Assembly: GCA_052426225.1 (NCBI GenBank) | Contig: JBNJNM010000006.1 | Location: 2,232,001-2,296,000 of the forward strand | Length of the DNA: 64,000 nt | Origin: Zancudomyces culisetae HAW-14-8 | Taxonomy: Eukaryota > Fungi > Kickxellomycota | Direction of reading: 5' to 3' | Shown here: positions 10,224 to 20,138 of the stretch, one piece after another | Position numbering within the stretch: position 1 is the first letter of the stretch | How the letters are laid out: every line of letters starts with the position of its first letter | Translations under genes and position numbers: made by a program | The notes under the pieces: model-generated | Seen by the model: only the letters and a program-made list of their open reading frames with translations | What the model was told of the DNA's origin: nothing | Databases searched by the model: none

Positions 10224-10911
10224 TGTTGTATGCTTAGTTCTACCCAAGCTAAACTATTGGATGAACAGCATACAGCTTCTCAAACACCGAATAACCACCG
10301 TTATCTCGGGTGTTCGAGCAAGAAATCTGGGATTTCTTGGGTAATAAATTACCCAAATGTTGGAGAAATATTCAGTTTTAATTATTTTATTTTAAGTTTC
10401 TATTATATAAAGTTCTAATAAAATAGCTAGTCAGGTACTAGTATATTACTAGTAACCTCACCACAAGTTTGGTGGTTTTATCTTTTTATTTTTAAAAGTT
10501 ATTCATTAAATAAAATACAAATTAGCTCTAAAATACTTGATTTTACTCTATAAAATTGAAATTTGTGAATTGAGCAAAAACCTACCTAAAACCAAAAAAA
10601 AACATAGGTAGTGAAGCGTAACACAATTTTCAAAGGGTATCAGAAAGGTATCAGAGTCTAATTTTTGGACCAAAATTAATTGTTTTGCACACCAAATTTT
10701 AGGAGTTGGGCGTAATTTTACCCAGTTTTATCGCATTTATTGAAGTAATAAATACATAAAACTAAATTAAATATAAGCTAAAAAGGTAGGGTTGACTGGT
10801 TAAATAAAGTAAAACTTATTCCAGTAACAATCCCCCTCTATTAGCAGAACTTTTTGTAGGTTTAGTTGCGGAAATTTCCTGAGAAATTTTCTGCAAACTA
10901 AAATTACAACA
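10224..10911. repeat. Solo LTR C' (688 bp)
   Basis: Near-identical reverse complement of 8676-9363 (one mismatch seen), flanked by GACA and GAC. Confidence 0.85.
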
Positions 10912-10914
10912 GAC

Positions 10915-11168
10915 TGTTGTATGCCTACAATAGGTGAAACATTTCCATTGGTTAATTGTGTTTTGTAATTTTTAGTTTGATTTTTTGTAGATTTTATTGT
11001 ATAAAATTGAAATTTTTGTTTAACTAAATAAATGTCCTCTTTTGCAAAATCCAAAGTACTATATAATAATTTGCAGCATATAGTAAAAGGTAAGTAAAAT
11101 GACCCGTCCCGTGTGTTATTTGGTGTAAAAAACACTAAATGGGACGTTAAACATGGCAACACACAACA
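10915..11168. repeat. Solo LTR E (254 bp)
   Basis: TGTTGT...ACAACA termini, AGAC on both sides. Confidence 0.75.
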
Positions 11169-11172
11169 AGAC

Positions 11173-11635
11173 TGTTATATAGTGGCTAGAGCTACCTCTA
11201 GACATTATTAATTATAACTTACCAATTACATATTTATTTCTATATATTAATATTTAGGTTTATCAATTAATATAAGTTAATATAATTATAGGTTATTTAG
11301 TATATTATGTGTTGCCTAGTTTTTTTCATCCTTCTGGATTTTTTCTACAGCAACATTCTGGTTTATTATTAATATTTAGTTTATGTTTTAAGTTTAAGTA
11401 TATATTTAGTTTTCAAGTATATAATAGTCATTTAATTATAAGTATAAATAGGGCTAGGAAACTAGCTATGAAAACATCATCAAATAAAAATATAACAAAA
11501 GGTTTGGTCTATATTCAATAAGTGTATAACTTTTATTTTGAAAATTACAAAGAATAGCACATAGGATAGTTAGTTATAATTAGAATATATTTACAAAAGC
11601 AATACGAAAATAGTGAATCTGTATTTTCGTCAACA
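11173..11635 (+). repeat. 5' LTR of element F
   Basis: TGTT...AACA ends, direct repeat of 16079-16541. Confidence 0.95.
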
Positions 11636-11636
11636 G

Positions 11637-11654
11637 TGGCGTCAGCGACAGGAT
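11637..11654 (+). promoter_or_regulatory. Primer-binding site of F (tRNA-Ser-like)
   Basis: TGGCGTCAGCGACAGGAT, complement of ATCCTGTCGCTGAC-G-CCA. Confidence 0.8.
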
Positions 11655-11682
11655 AAAGTTTAAAACCTATAGTAGTACAAAC

Positions 11683-14484
11683 TTGAAAATGAACGTACCT
11701 AAAACTTATGTAGCTAGTACAGGTATGGATCCAGAAGAATGGGCAGAAGAGTTCAGATTAATAGCAAAACTGAACAAATGGGACCCAAATGACTGGATCG
11801 AATTTATTAAACTGTATTTAGGCAACAACGAAAAGATTTGGTACAAAAAGAATATTAAGTCATTTACTAGTTGGGAAAACTTTGTCATTGCATTTAAAGA
11901 AAAGTTCAAATCAGTAAAATCTAAATCTCAGATTTGGGAAAGATTACACACCATCAAACAGGGCGAGTTTGATACCGTAGAAGAGTTGGAGTTGGAGTTA
12001 ACTACACTACTAAGTAGTGCAGAAATAAGTGATAATAAGCTCAAGTCAGATTGGTTGATTAGTACCTTAAGGCCAGAATTTAAAAGAATTGTTGAAGCAG
12101 AACAGCTTGACGACTGGGATAAAATTGTTACTAGAGTATTAAAGGAAGAGCAATCTATTCGTACAAACACTAAGAAAACACATTTAAAAGAATTGGAAAC
12201 AAAACAAAAGGACTATAATCGCAATGCAGCTTCTAAGACAGGAAAAAATGTAAAAGATTTGGTTAAAGAACAAAAGCCTTATGGACAATTTCTTAAAATG
12301 TTTGAAGAAATGAGCGTAAATTTATTAAATAAGGTTGACGAGGTCGTAGATAAAAAGATAAAAGAACTAGAGACTACTAAGCAGCGTTTTAACGGTCCTA
12401 GGAAACTAATATGCTATACTTGTCAGCAAGAAGGGCATACGAGAAATAATTGTCCACAATTGGTAAATAAGTCTGTAACTAACATTCAAAGTGAATCGTC
12501 AGAAAAAAATATAAACTTTATACAAATTTCGGATGAAACTGAAAATGAAGATATTGATATATATTCAGTGGAGAAGCGCAAGTCTAGTGCAGAGCAAGAT
12601 AAGGAAACCCCAAAAAGAGTTGGCAGACCCAGGATACATGAGCCAACACAGGTATCCACTAATAACGTAGAAAGTGTTCAAAATAATGTAGTAGCTGAAG
12701 ACTCTCAAAACATGTCCAATAGTACCACAAAAAAATCAGCAAGGTCCTTATCGTTAATTGACGAGTTAGAGAAAGTATACCTTAAAGTAAACTTACTACA
12801 GTTGTTAGATAGCTCAAAGACAATGTCGAAAGAATTAGTGGAGTATATAAATAAACAAAAATTATCAGAAGTTAATGAATTCGATGTTGAAGAAAGGAGA
12901 TTGACGAATTGTAAGGCTGTAGTTAAGGTTTTTGGACAAACCCTGTGGGCGGTAATTGATACAGGTGCAGCCTGTTCCGTAGTATCCTCAAGTTTAATGG
13001 AGGAATGGGATTTAGACCCAGAGACTTTTAATAAGCAAACCATAGTTACCGCTGACGGGAAACGCCACACTACCTTAGGCAAATTGAGTAACGTTCCACT
13101 TAAAATTTCTTCATTTGCATTTCCCGTTAATTTATGGGTCATGAACCGGAATGAGGATATACTCATACTAGGTACAGATTGGCTCCTGGAACATAAGGTA
13201 TCCCTAAATTTGCGTATTCCGGAGTTGCGATTACCAATTGAGAATGCTGAAATTACAACCAAGTTAACAACTTTTTCTAGCAAAAAATTATTTAAAGAAG
13301 AACAAGAAATATATTTATTACTCAAAGAAGAAACTCAAAGTAAAGTTGATGTAAATGTAATATTTAAGGATGTATTGGACGAGTTTACTGATATATTTGT
13401 TGATGACATCTCTGAGTTAACACAGACAGAAGTTATGGAGCACAAAATTGATTTGATTGATGAAAAACCAATTAAACTTCGACCTTATCGCATGCCACAA
13501 CAAACTCAGGAAGCAGTAAGATTGGAATTACAAAAAATGGAAGATAGGGGTGTGATATCACCATGTATTTCAGAGTGGTGTGCACCAGTTGTAGTGGTAC
13601 ACAAGAAAAACGGGCAATTGAGAATATGTGCCGATTATCGCAAATTGAATGAGGTGACGAGAAAGGACTCTTATCCTCTACCTATAATCGATGACTTGTT
13701 TATGGCTCTGGCGGGTTCAACCATTTTTACTTCACTTGATGCCTTAAGTGGTTTTTGGCAAATCAAGATGAGAGACTCTGATAAGTGCAAAACGGCATTT
13801 GCTATCCCAGGAGGGGGTAGTTACCAATATAACGTTATGCCCTTTGGACTTACAAACAGTCCAGCTACTTTCCAACGGGCCATGGAGGTAGTATTGAAAG
13901 ATGTGTTGTGGTCAAAAGCCGTAGTTTTTGTTGACGATATTATAATATTCTCGAAAGACGTTAATCAACATGTTGAGGATTTAAAAGAAGTATTTTTATT
14001 ATTGAGAAATAATGGAATACAGTTGCATAAAGAAAAGTGTATTATTGGCCAAACAAAACTGGAATATCTAGGACACACTATTTCCCAAGACGGTATTGGT
14101 ACTAGTCCAACCAAGATAGAATCTGTAAAAAAGATTCAAGTACCTAGTAACGTAAAAGAACTGCAATCGGTTCTTGGTCTCACCGGTTACTATCGTAAAT
14201 ATATACCTGGATATTCGAAAATTGCTAGCCCACTTACGACTCTATTACGGAAAAATAATCGCTTCGCATGGGGTCCGGAACAAACTTCAGCACTAAACGA
14301 GTTAAAAAATAAGCTTATTACTGCTCCAGTATTGGGTTTTCCTATATGGGATAAAGAGTTTGTACTTACTACGGATGCTTCTGTGGTAGGACTCGGTGCA
14401 GTATTATCACAAATTATTGATGGACAAGAACGGGTGATTGAGTATGCTAGCCGTACAACAAACAAGGCTGAAAAAAAACTATAG
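11683..14484 (+). CDS. Gag-PR-RT-RH part of element F polyprotein (probable start ATG at 11689; frameshift in the A8 run 14471-14478)
   Basis: CYTCQQEGHTRNNC knuckle, IDTGAACS, ADYRKLN, VMPFGL, FVDD, TTDAS. Confidence 0.93.
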   Translation: MKMNVPKTYVASTGMDPEEWAEEFRLIAKLNKWDPNDWIEFIKLYLGNNEKIWYKKNIKSFTSWENFVIAFKEKFKSVKSKSQIWERLHTIKQGEFDTVEELELELTTLLSSAEISDNKLKSDWLISTLRPEFKRIVEAEQLDDWDKIVTRVLKEEQSIRTNTKKTHLKELETKQKDYNRNAASKTGKNVKDLVKEQKPYGQFLKMFEEMSVNLLNKVDEVVDKKIKELETTKQRFNGPRKLICYTCQQEGHTRNNCPQLVNKSVTNIQSESSEKNINFIQISDETENEDIDIYSVEKRKSSAEQDKETPKRVGRPRIHEPTQVSTNNVESVQNNVVAEDSQNMSNSTTKKSARSLSLIDELEKVYLKVNLLQLLDSSKTMSKELVEYINKQKLSEVNEFDVEERRLTNCKAVVKVFGQTLWAVIDTGAACSVVSSSLMEEWDLDPETFNKQTIVTADGKRHTTLGKLSNVPLKISSFAFPVNLWVMNRNEDILILGTDWLLEHKVSLNLRIPELRLPIENAEITTKLTTFSSKKLFKEEQEIYLLLKEETQSKVDVNVIFKDVLDEFTDIFVDDISELTQTEVMEHKIDLIDEKPIKLRPYRMPQQTQEAVRLELQKMEDRGVISPCISEWCAPVVVVHKKNGQLRICADYRKLNEVTRKDSYPLPIIDDLFMALAGSTIFTSLDALSGFWQIKMRDSDKCKTAFAIPGGGSYQYNVMPFGLTNSPATFQRAMEVVLKDVLWSKAVVFVDDIIIFSKDVNQHVEDLKEVFLLLRNNGIQLHKEKCIIGQTKLEYLGHTISQDGIGTSPTKIESVKKIQVPSNVKELQSVLGLTGYYRKYIPGYSKIASPLTTLLRKNNRFAWGPEQTSALNELKNKLITAPVLGFPIWDKEFVLTTDASVVGLGAVLSQIIDGQERVIEYASRTTNKAEKKL

Positions 14485-16066
14485 TATTAGCCATTTGGAG
14501 GCTTTAGCAGTTATTTGGTCAGTAAAAAAGTTTAAGTATTACTTATGGGGACGTAAGTTTAAGATACGTACAGACCATAAGTCATTATTACAAATATTTA
14601 ATGGCACGGAACTTACTGGTAGAATTGCCCGCTGGGCAATGATACTGCGTAACTACGATTATTATATTGAGCACCTTCCTGGGAAAAATAATCCTGCTGA
14701 TACATTGTCTAGAAATAAAGAAGATTTTAATATGAAAGAAAATATCGAATTGGATATACTTTCAATGGATTTAGTTGATTATATAGATATAATACAGTAC
14801 CTTACAACAATGCAGTATCCTAAAGGAGCTTCAGCCAAAGAAAGAGAGAAAATACGTAACCGTTCTAGACAGTATCATTTAAATCAAGGAAAGTTATATA
14901 AAAAAGTAAATAAAGAATTAAAAGAAGTTCTACATGAAAGGAATTTTAAGGAAATTGTCACAAATATTCATAATGAAGGGCATGAAGGAATTGAAAACAC
15001 TTGGAATAGAGTTTCAAGTAAATACACTGGAAAAAATTTATATCAAGATGTTGTGGATATTGTAAAATCGTGTCACATTTGTCAACTTCACAAAGGTGGA
15101 AAAACGAAAAAAAATAAATTAGTGCCAATTGTTTCTTCAAGACCGTTTGAAATTTTTGGAATAGATGCTATTGGACCAATTGCACCAATTACAAAAAATG
15201 GGAATCGTTATATTTTGACAGCAATTGATTATTTCACTAAATGGCCAATTGCCATTCCAGTTTCTAATTTGCTAAGCGAAACAATTATAAATTTTATTAT
15301 TAACGAAATTATCGCAAATTATGGAGTCCCTCAACAAATAATTAGCGACCGTGGTTCAAGTTTTGTTTCGGACAATACAACAAATGTTTTTAAATGGTTG
15401 GGACTGAAACATAGTCCTACAACATCCTATAGGCCACAAAGCAATGGCCAGGTCGAACGATTTAACAGAACATTAGTAAACATACTTATTAAACAATGTA
15501 AAAGCGATAAGGAAAATTGGGACGAATATATTTGGAAGACTCTTATGGTGGTAAGATCACTAAAAAATAAATCTACAGGTTATACGCCTTCTGAGTTGTT
15601 ATATGGAGTAAATATTTGTTTACCTTCTACTTGGACTTACAATGGCGAGATTGAAAATGTGGAAGAAAATATTTTGAGTAGAATAAAAAGTTTTAAAATA
15701 GATATTCCTGAACTACGTGAACTTGCGTTCAAAAACTCGATAATTGCGAAACGATCGATGGAAGAAAGGTATAACCGCGATGTTCAACATTTTAAATTTC
15801 GAATCGGCGACACGGTATTGAAACGAGTAGAAATGGAAAGAAGCAAATTCGAAAGTTATTGGGAAGGCCCCTATACGGTTCAAAGAGTATTCTCAAAAGG
15901 AGCTTATATTATTAACGATCATCAAGGTAACCGTGAATTAGTAAACGGTGATATGTTAAAAATGTACTTCACAAATAAGAACATGATACCCGAAGTAACA
16001 ACTACGCTTAAATCCAAACTAAAAAGGTTTAAAAATAGAGAGCGGGATGAGGGCATCCACGCTTAA
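14438..16066 (+). CDS. RNase H C-terminus and integrase of element F
   Basis: HNEGH...CHIC, IDAIGP, SDRG, VERFN, WEGPY. Confidence 0.93.
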   Translation: MSMLAVQQTRLKKNYSISHLEALAVIWSVKKFKYYLWGRKFKIRTDHKSLLQIFNGTELTGRIARWAMILRNYDYYIEHLPGKNNPADTLSRNKEDFNMKENIELDILSMDLVDYIDIIQYLTTMQYPKGASAKEREKIRNRSRQYHLNQGKLYKKVNKELKEVLHERNFKEIVTNIHNEGHEGIENTWNRVSSKYTGKNLYQDVVDIVKSCHICQLHKGGKTKKNKLVPIVSSRPFEIFGIDAIGPIAPITKNGNRYILTAIDYFTKWPIAIPVSNLLSETIINFIINEIIANYGVPQQIISDRGSSFVSDNTTNVFKWLGLKHSPTTSYRPQSNGQVERFNRTLVNILIKQCKSDKENWDEYIWKTLMVVRSLKNKSTGYTPSELLYGVNICLPSTWTYNGEIENVEENILSRIKSFKIDIPELRELAFKNSIIAKRSMEERYNRDVQHFKFRIGDTVLKRVEMERSKFESYWEGPYTVQRVFSKGAYIINDHQGNRELVNGDMLKMYFTNKNMIPEVTTTLKSKLKRFKNRERDEGIHA

Positions 16067-16078
16067 GGGAGGAGGTTC

Positions 16079-16541
16079 TGTTATATAGTGGCTAGAGCTA
16101 CCTCTAGACATTATTAATTATAACTTACCAATTACATATTTATTTCTATATATTAATATTTAGGTTTATCAATTAATATAAGTTAATATAATTATAGGTT
16201 ATTTAGTATATTATGTGTTGCCTAGTTTTTTTCATCCTTCTGGATTTTTTCTACAGCAACATTCTGGTTTATTATTAATATTTAGTTTATGTTTTAAGTT
16301 TAAGTATATATTTAGTTTTCAAGTATATAATAGTCATTTAATTATAAGTATAAATAGGGCTAGGAAACTAGCTATGAAAACATCATCAAATAAAAATATA
16401 ACAAAAGGTTTGGTCTATATTCAATAAGTGTATAACTTTTATTTTGAAAACTACAAAGAATAGCACATAGGATAGTTAGTTATAATTAGAATATATTTAC
16501 AAAAGCAATACGAAAATAGTGAATCTGTATTTTCGTCAACA
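16079..16541 (+). repeat. 3' LTR of element F
   Basis: Direct repeat of 11173-11635, follows the PPT. Confidence 0.95.
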
Positions 16542-16545
16542 AGAC

Positions 16546-17008
16546 TGTCATATAGTGACATGAACCCTTGGTGATAAACTAATATTATATGTTTATCATC
16601 AAGTGAAATAATTAAATTATTAATATACTTTTAGTTTTAGTTTTTTTAGTATTCAATGAAACTGATTCATTGATGTTTTTTCTAAGAGTATTAGTTTATT
16701 ACTCAATTAAATTGTTTCAGTATTAGTTTATTTAGTTAGTATTAGTTCAATAGTTAGTTATTAGTATATTTATAATACTAGGAAAAGTATTTAAAGGGTT
16801 AGTTATTGCATAAGGAAATAAATATCATTCTATCATACAAGCTTTATAGTAGTAAATAAATAGTTATGATCAACTACAGATGTTTATATTAAGTTTATAA
16901 TAGTTTCAACTAAGTTTATAATTTATAACAATAATTATACGATACATATTATACATATATAAATAAGAAAAATATAAATAATTATAAGTAAAATTTAATT
17001 ATACAACA
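16546..17008 (+). repeat. Solo LTR G (463 bp), related to the F LTR
   Basis: Starts TGTCATATAGTGAC (F starts TGTTATATAGTGGC), ends ACAACA, same length as the F LTR; flanks AGAC and AG-AGAC. Confidence 0.8.
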
Positions 17009-17016
17009 AGAGACAT

Positions 17017-17089
17017 GGGGAACTAGCTCAAATGGTAGAGCGCTCGCTTAGCATGCGAGAGGTACGGGGATCGATACCCCGGTTCTCCA
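17017..17089 (+). tRNA. tRNA-Ala(AGC)
   Basis: GGGGAACTAGCTCAAATGGTAGAGCGCTCGCTT-AGC-ATGCGAG...GGATCGATACCCC...TTCTCCA; cloverleaf with G3:U70. Confidence 0.97.
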
Positions 17090-17091
17090 CT

Positions 17092-17164
17092 GCCCGGCTA
17101 GCTCAATCGGTAGAGCGTGAGACTCTTAATCTCAAGGTTGCGGGTTCGACCCCCGCGTTGGGCT
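17092..17164 (+). tRNA. tRNA-Lys(CTT)
   Basis: GCCCGGCTAGCTCAATCGGTAGAGCGTGAGACT-CTT-AATCTCA...GGTTCGACCCCC...TTGGGC; cloverleaf. Confidence 0.97.
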
Positions 17165-17169
17165 GTAAC

Positions 17170-17174
17170 TTTTT
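17170..17174 (+). terminator. Pol III oligo-T terminator
   Basis: T5 run starting 6 nt after tRNA-Lys; no T-run between the two tRNAs. Confidence 0.7.
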
Positions 17175-20138
17175 CATACGGTAGTATTTTTTTGCTAGCG
17201 AATCAAATTTGATTACTGAACTGAAGATAATCACCAATGAGAGTAAACATGATCAATAGTAAAAACTATCTAGAATAGGAAAGTGAATAGCAAACTGAAT
17301 AGAACGCGCGTGGACAACGAAAAGAAGCACCTTTACGTTTCTTAACGGAGTATACTTTAAAATAAGTTTATTCATACTTATTCATTGCAACTAGTATTAA
17401 ATACAACTATAGTTTTAATTAGATATAATTATTATTATAACAGTAATAAGATAAGTTAAACATTCTTAATACGGCAATCAGAACTAGTGATGAGGTCCGA
17501 GATCTGAATAAAACTGACATAATCTGTACTATTCCAATTTCAGCCATCACATTAGATGAATACTATTTAGACTTTTACTAACATCAAATTATATTACAGT
17601 AAATGCATTAACTTTTATTTTAACACTTTATTATTTTAACAGTTATTTTGTTATAATTATACGTTTTAATCATTACGCACGGGTCTAGAGTAGTGTTTGA
17701 TATCCAATAGAAATCAAGTAGAACATTAACTTTTCTTGCAAGTCATAGCGCTATGAATTTTTTTTTGTACTTTATATACATTCATGCAGTTAAGGCTACG
17801 TTATGAGTCCTAGTGTTTAAATAGAAATTTTTATATGAATATTGGGATGTTTGATCGTTGTGACATTTTTGATTATTTAAGAATTATTTATTTAACTATA
17901 GTTTATTTAATTCAAATGTTTAAAACTCTGTTTTTTCATGTATCTCTAATAACAATAAATAACTATGTTTTACTCTGTATTTACTTTATGAGTTAAATGT
18001 AAATGTGACCATTTCTAGACTGAACTTTATAGAATCTGATTCTAAGGCATATTTGTATTCCTATTTTATTTCAACTGTTATCTTTTAAATTATATATTTA
18101 ATAGTTTATAAATACCATTTATAATACATTTCATAACTTTTTTAGGTTAACATATTGAATAAGACTATAATGGCTACTAGCAATATCGTTAATATTTAAT
18201 ATCCATGTTATACTATGTTGAATGTTAGGAAAATCAGACTTATAATTTCACCCTAAAATTTTATACGTTTTTTACCTGTTATAATAGTATGATCTTCAAA
18301 TTTAATGATAAACGAAATAATAATTTTTTTAGGCCATCCAAATTAGAAATATTATTTAAGATGGCATGATTTAGATTTTTGTTGCCTATTCTCAATGAGC
18401 TATAAACTTAAAATTGTATCAGAATAATATATTTTTAGATTTTAGAATTAGTATTATATATAATATAGTTAGTACTTTAACGAATATGACTAGTTTTAAA
18501 CCATATGTTTTTATATATTCTGTCAGTTTATAATCAATGAAGTTTTGTAAATTAGAATATGCAAAAATTGTTAGGATTTATAATGATAAAGTTCAATTTC
18601 GTAAAGAAAAGTACAAAATGAATATATAGGCTGTTTCAAAATAATTAGAGTTAACATTTATGAGATGCTAATATGTTATTCAGCTCTGATGGAATAAAGA
18701 ACTCATAAGATTTAACCCACACGCCTGCGGCTACTGGATTAAAAAGCGCTTTACTACTCTGCATATCACTTTTAAAAATATACTGATTTTTTATTAAACT
18801 AAAATATTATTCACATGAATAGTTAGAGTATTTCATTTTGATTTATTTATTAATCATGTTCAAATTTATTAAATAGATCAATTATAATAATAATTACCTG
18901 AAACTAAACATAAATTGATTCGGTTAATATAATATACTAAAACTATTATTACCAGCTTAAGAATACAGTTATTGTAAGAAATGCATGATTCTGGAGCTTT
19001 GGTCACTGTGGTGTTAATTTATATTATTTGAACTCTTAGATACTACACTAAAAACAAATATTGATATTTGTAAAAGAATTGAATATTACAAGTGATGCTT
19101 GTCCGATAATCAAAAGTAGCAGACTTTATCAGTACGGACTATCTCTACGGTTACGTATTTACCTGTACTTTCGATTTTAAACACAATAGACTGCATTTTG
19201 GATCTGTCAAAGTCAAACCAAATATTTAATTTGATTTTAATGAATGATATTTTATAATACCAACCTCACCTATTTAAAATACTACTTTACCCAAAATATT
19301 TACATATCCTTAATAGCTTTATTTAAATACCTTTATATCAAATGATTTGAAAGCATTTTCATATTAGGGATAACAGTTTCTTAATGTATATACACCCTGT
19401 TTATTTCTTATTCATTTTTACTCTCAATCTTTCAACTTTATACAGAATTAATTAATTACACCTTATTTTTATTTAGGGCTTCAAATTTTGATATATTAGT
19501 AAATACCATTTTTAAAAATAGACGACTAAATTACTATTTAGCATAGTTTAATTAATTTTGAATTAGATCTTAGGTTTTCTTAATTAACATATCAGAGTTG
19601 GAAATTACTTGTCATAAATATTGTATATCTAATTCAACATTATCTTTCGTTTAGACTCTTTATTATTTAATTATTTATAATTTTTTCTAATTTGAAGTAC
19701 AAAATTATTATAAAAATTAGCGTTTTTTACAGTTTACCTTGTTGCTTATTAGAAATAATATATATAATATTTAATTTTATTACACAATATTTAAATATTA
19801 ACCGAATTTTCATTTTTAATGTTCATTGGAACACAAATAACAATCATTGTTTGAATTTTTGTAATTAGAATTTTTCTTATTAATTATCTTTTTTTTTCAT
19901 TTTAAAAGCCAGCCAATTTTATATATAGCCTTCCAATTATTTCAGAATAAACCATTCGAATTATTTGTATTATTGATTTTTTGACTACAATTTTATGAAT
20001 CGAATAAATATTTTTAGTATATTATTAACATAACTTGTTAGAGTTATCTTTAATTTTAAATGTATATAAATTTCATATTATAGAATAATCCCTAACGACA
20101 TTGCAAATATTAAATAAGGTTTTGGATTTTATACCAGA

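Larger units (their letters stand above)
11173..16541 (+). mobile_element. Full-length Ty3/gypsy LTR retrotransposon F
   Basis: 463-bp LTRs at 11173-11635 and 16079-16541 (one mismatch seen), PBS 11637-11654, PPT AAGGGAGGAGG 16065-16075, TSD AGAC/AGAC. Confidence 0.97.

Noticed and set aside
8676-10911. DNA transposon or foldback element with 688-bp TIRs
   Set aside because: Each arm has its own TG...CA ends and its own TSD, the outer flanks do not match each other, and no transposase is present; two inverted solo LTRs fit better
10191-11162. 75-aa and 120-aa ORFs
   Set aside because: They span LTR junctions, lack ATG starts and show no motifs
11309-11521. 70-aa ORF repeated at 16215-16427
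   Set aside because: Non-ATG chance ORF inside the two F LTRs
14438-14484. Programmed ribosomal frameshift in F (and near 5482 in B)
   Set aside because: The shifts are in or next to RNase H, at different places in B and F, and absent in A; mutation or assembly error is more likely
1-17008. CRISPR array
   Set aside because: The sequence is eukaryotic and the repeats are LTRs and 4-bp TSDs; the ordered-log resemblance is only an analogy
17486-17506. C/D-box snoRNA-like GTGATGA...CTGA
   Set aside because: The boxes are only 10 nt apart and no terminal stem or rRNA guide could be identified
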